The position numbers were made by a program, and so were the translations under genes. The notes beneath the pieces are model-generated. The model saw only the letters and a list, made by a program, of their open reading frames with translations. It made no database searches and was not told the origin of the DNA. A stretch of 63,325 nucleotides of DNA, filler included, from Octopus bimaculoides (lineage: Eukaryota): the NCBI RefSeq assembly GCF_001194135.2. It is 4 parts of 3 records of this genome, joined end to end, with 100 filler letters (N's around TTAATTAATTAA, not from the genome) between each part and the next. Parts side by side here need not be neighbours in the genome. Positions count along the whole stretch, not along the records: positions 60,289 to 63,325 come from NC_068991.1; 3 more parts are not named here. The stretch is one strand, 5' to 3'. Positions 63,050-63,325 of the stretch are shown piece by piece; position 1 is the first letter of the stretch, and each line of letters opens with the position of its first letter.

Positions 63050-63325
63050 TACATTTCTTTTATTAGCCACACAGGGCTCAACGAAGATGGGACAAATACA
63101 ATGTAGAGCTTTTCTTTTTGGGAGGGGGGAGGAAGGGGGAAAAAAAAAAAAAAGAAAAATGGTGGTGTCGATCAAAAGGGATCGAAAAAAAAAGAAAAGG
63201 AAAGGCCGATCAATAGGGATCGTGTATCACACAGTAATGTTCTCGTGTAAAAAGAGGGGAGGACAGTTTAGGTTTAGCCGTGGAAGGAAAAGCCTACGGA
63301 AAAGACCACGGTAACCTTGGTCAAT
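63050..63325 (-). mobile_element. Probable 3' UTR of an L1/Tx1-like LINE (continues beyond the window)
   Basis: The minus strand ends ...agctctacattgtatttgtccc...gtggctAATAAAgaaat with a poly(A) signal, and the tagagctt/cagagctt segment resembles the 3' end at about 4510-4530. Family assignment is from recall. Confidence 0.45.

Overview
AT-rich, gap-ridden eukaryotic draft sequence with no recognisable host protein-coding exon, rRNA, true tRNA or CRISPR array. It reads as intergenic or intronic DNA from a repeat-rich animal genome, most likely an octopus (inference: the SINE families, microsatellite load and LINE fragments match repeats I recognise from octopus genomes). Contents: microsatellites; more than 25 tRNA-derived SINE copies in about five families (labelled A-E here); decayed non-LTR retroelements (L1/Tx1, several RTE, CR1/L2-like, Dong/R4, Penelope-like GIY-YIG); a full-length dead piggyBac (7738-10218); mariner remnants; pogo/Tigger-like, Mutator-like and Helentron-like non-autonomous elements; and several long inverted repeats. 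The most notable signal is two hammerhead-ribozyme-like motifs: a tandem core with a canonical CUGAUGA/GAAA copy, a GUC site and a long helix III at 30437-30564 (+), and a minimal type I variant at 22052-22088 (-). Nearly all ORFs in the supplied track are microsatellite or N-gap artefacts. Three N44-TTAATTAATTAA-N44 blocks are artificial scaffold linkers. Coordinates of degenerate repeats are approximate because they were aligned by eye.
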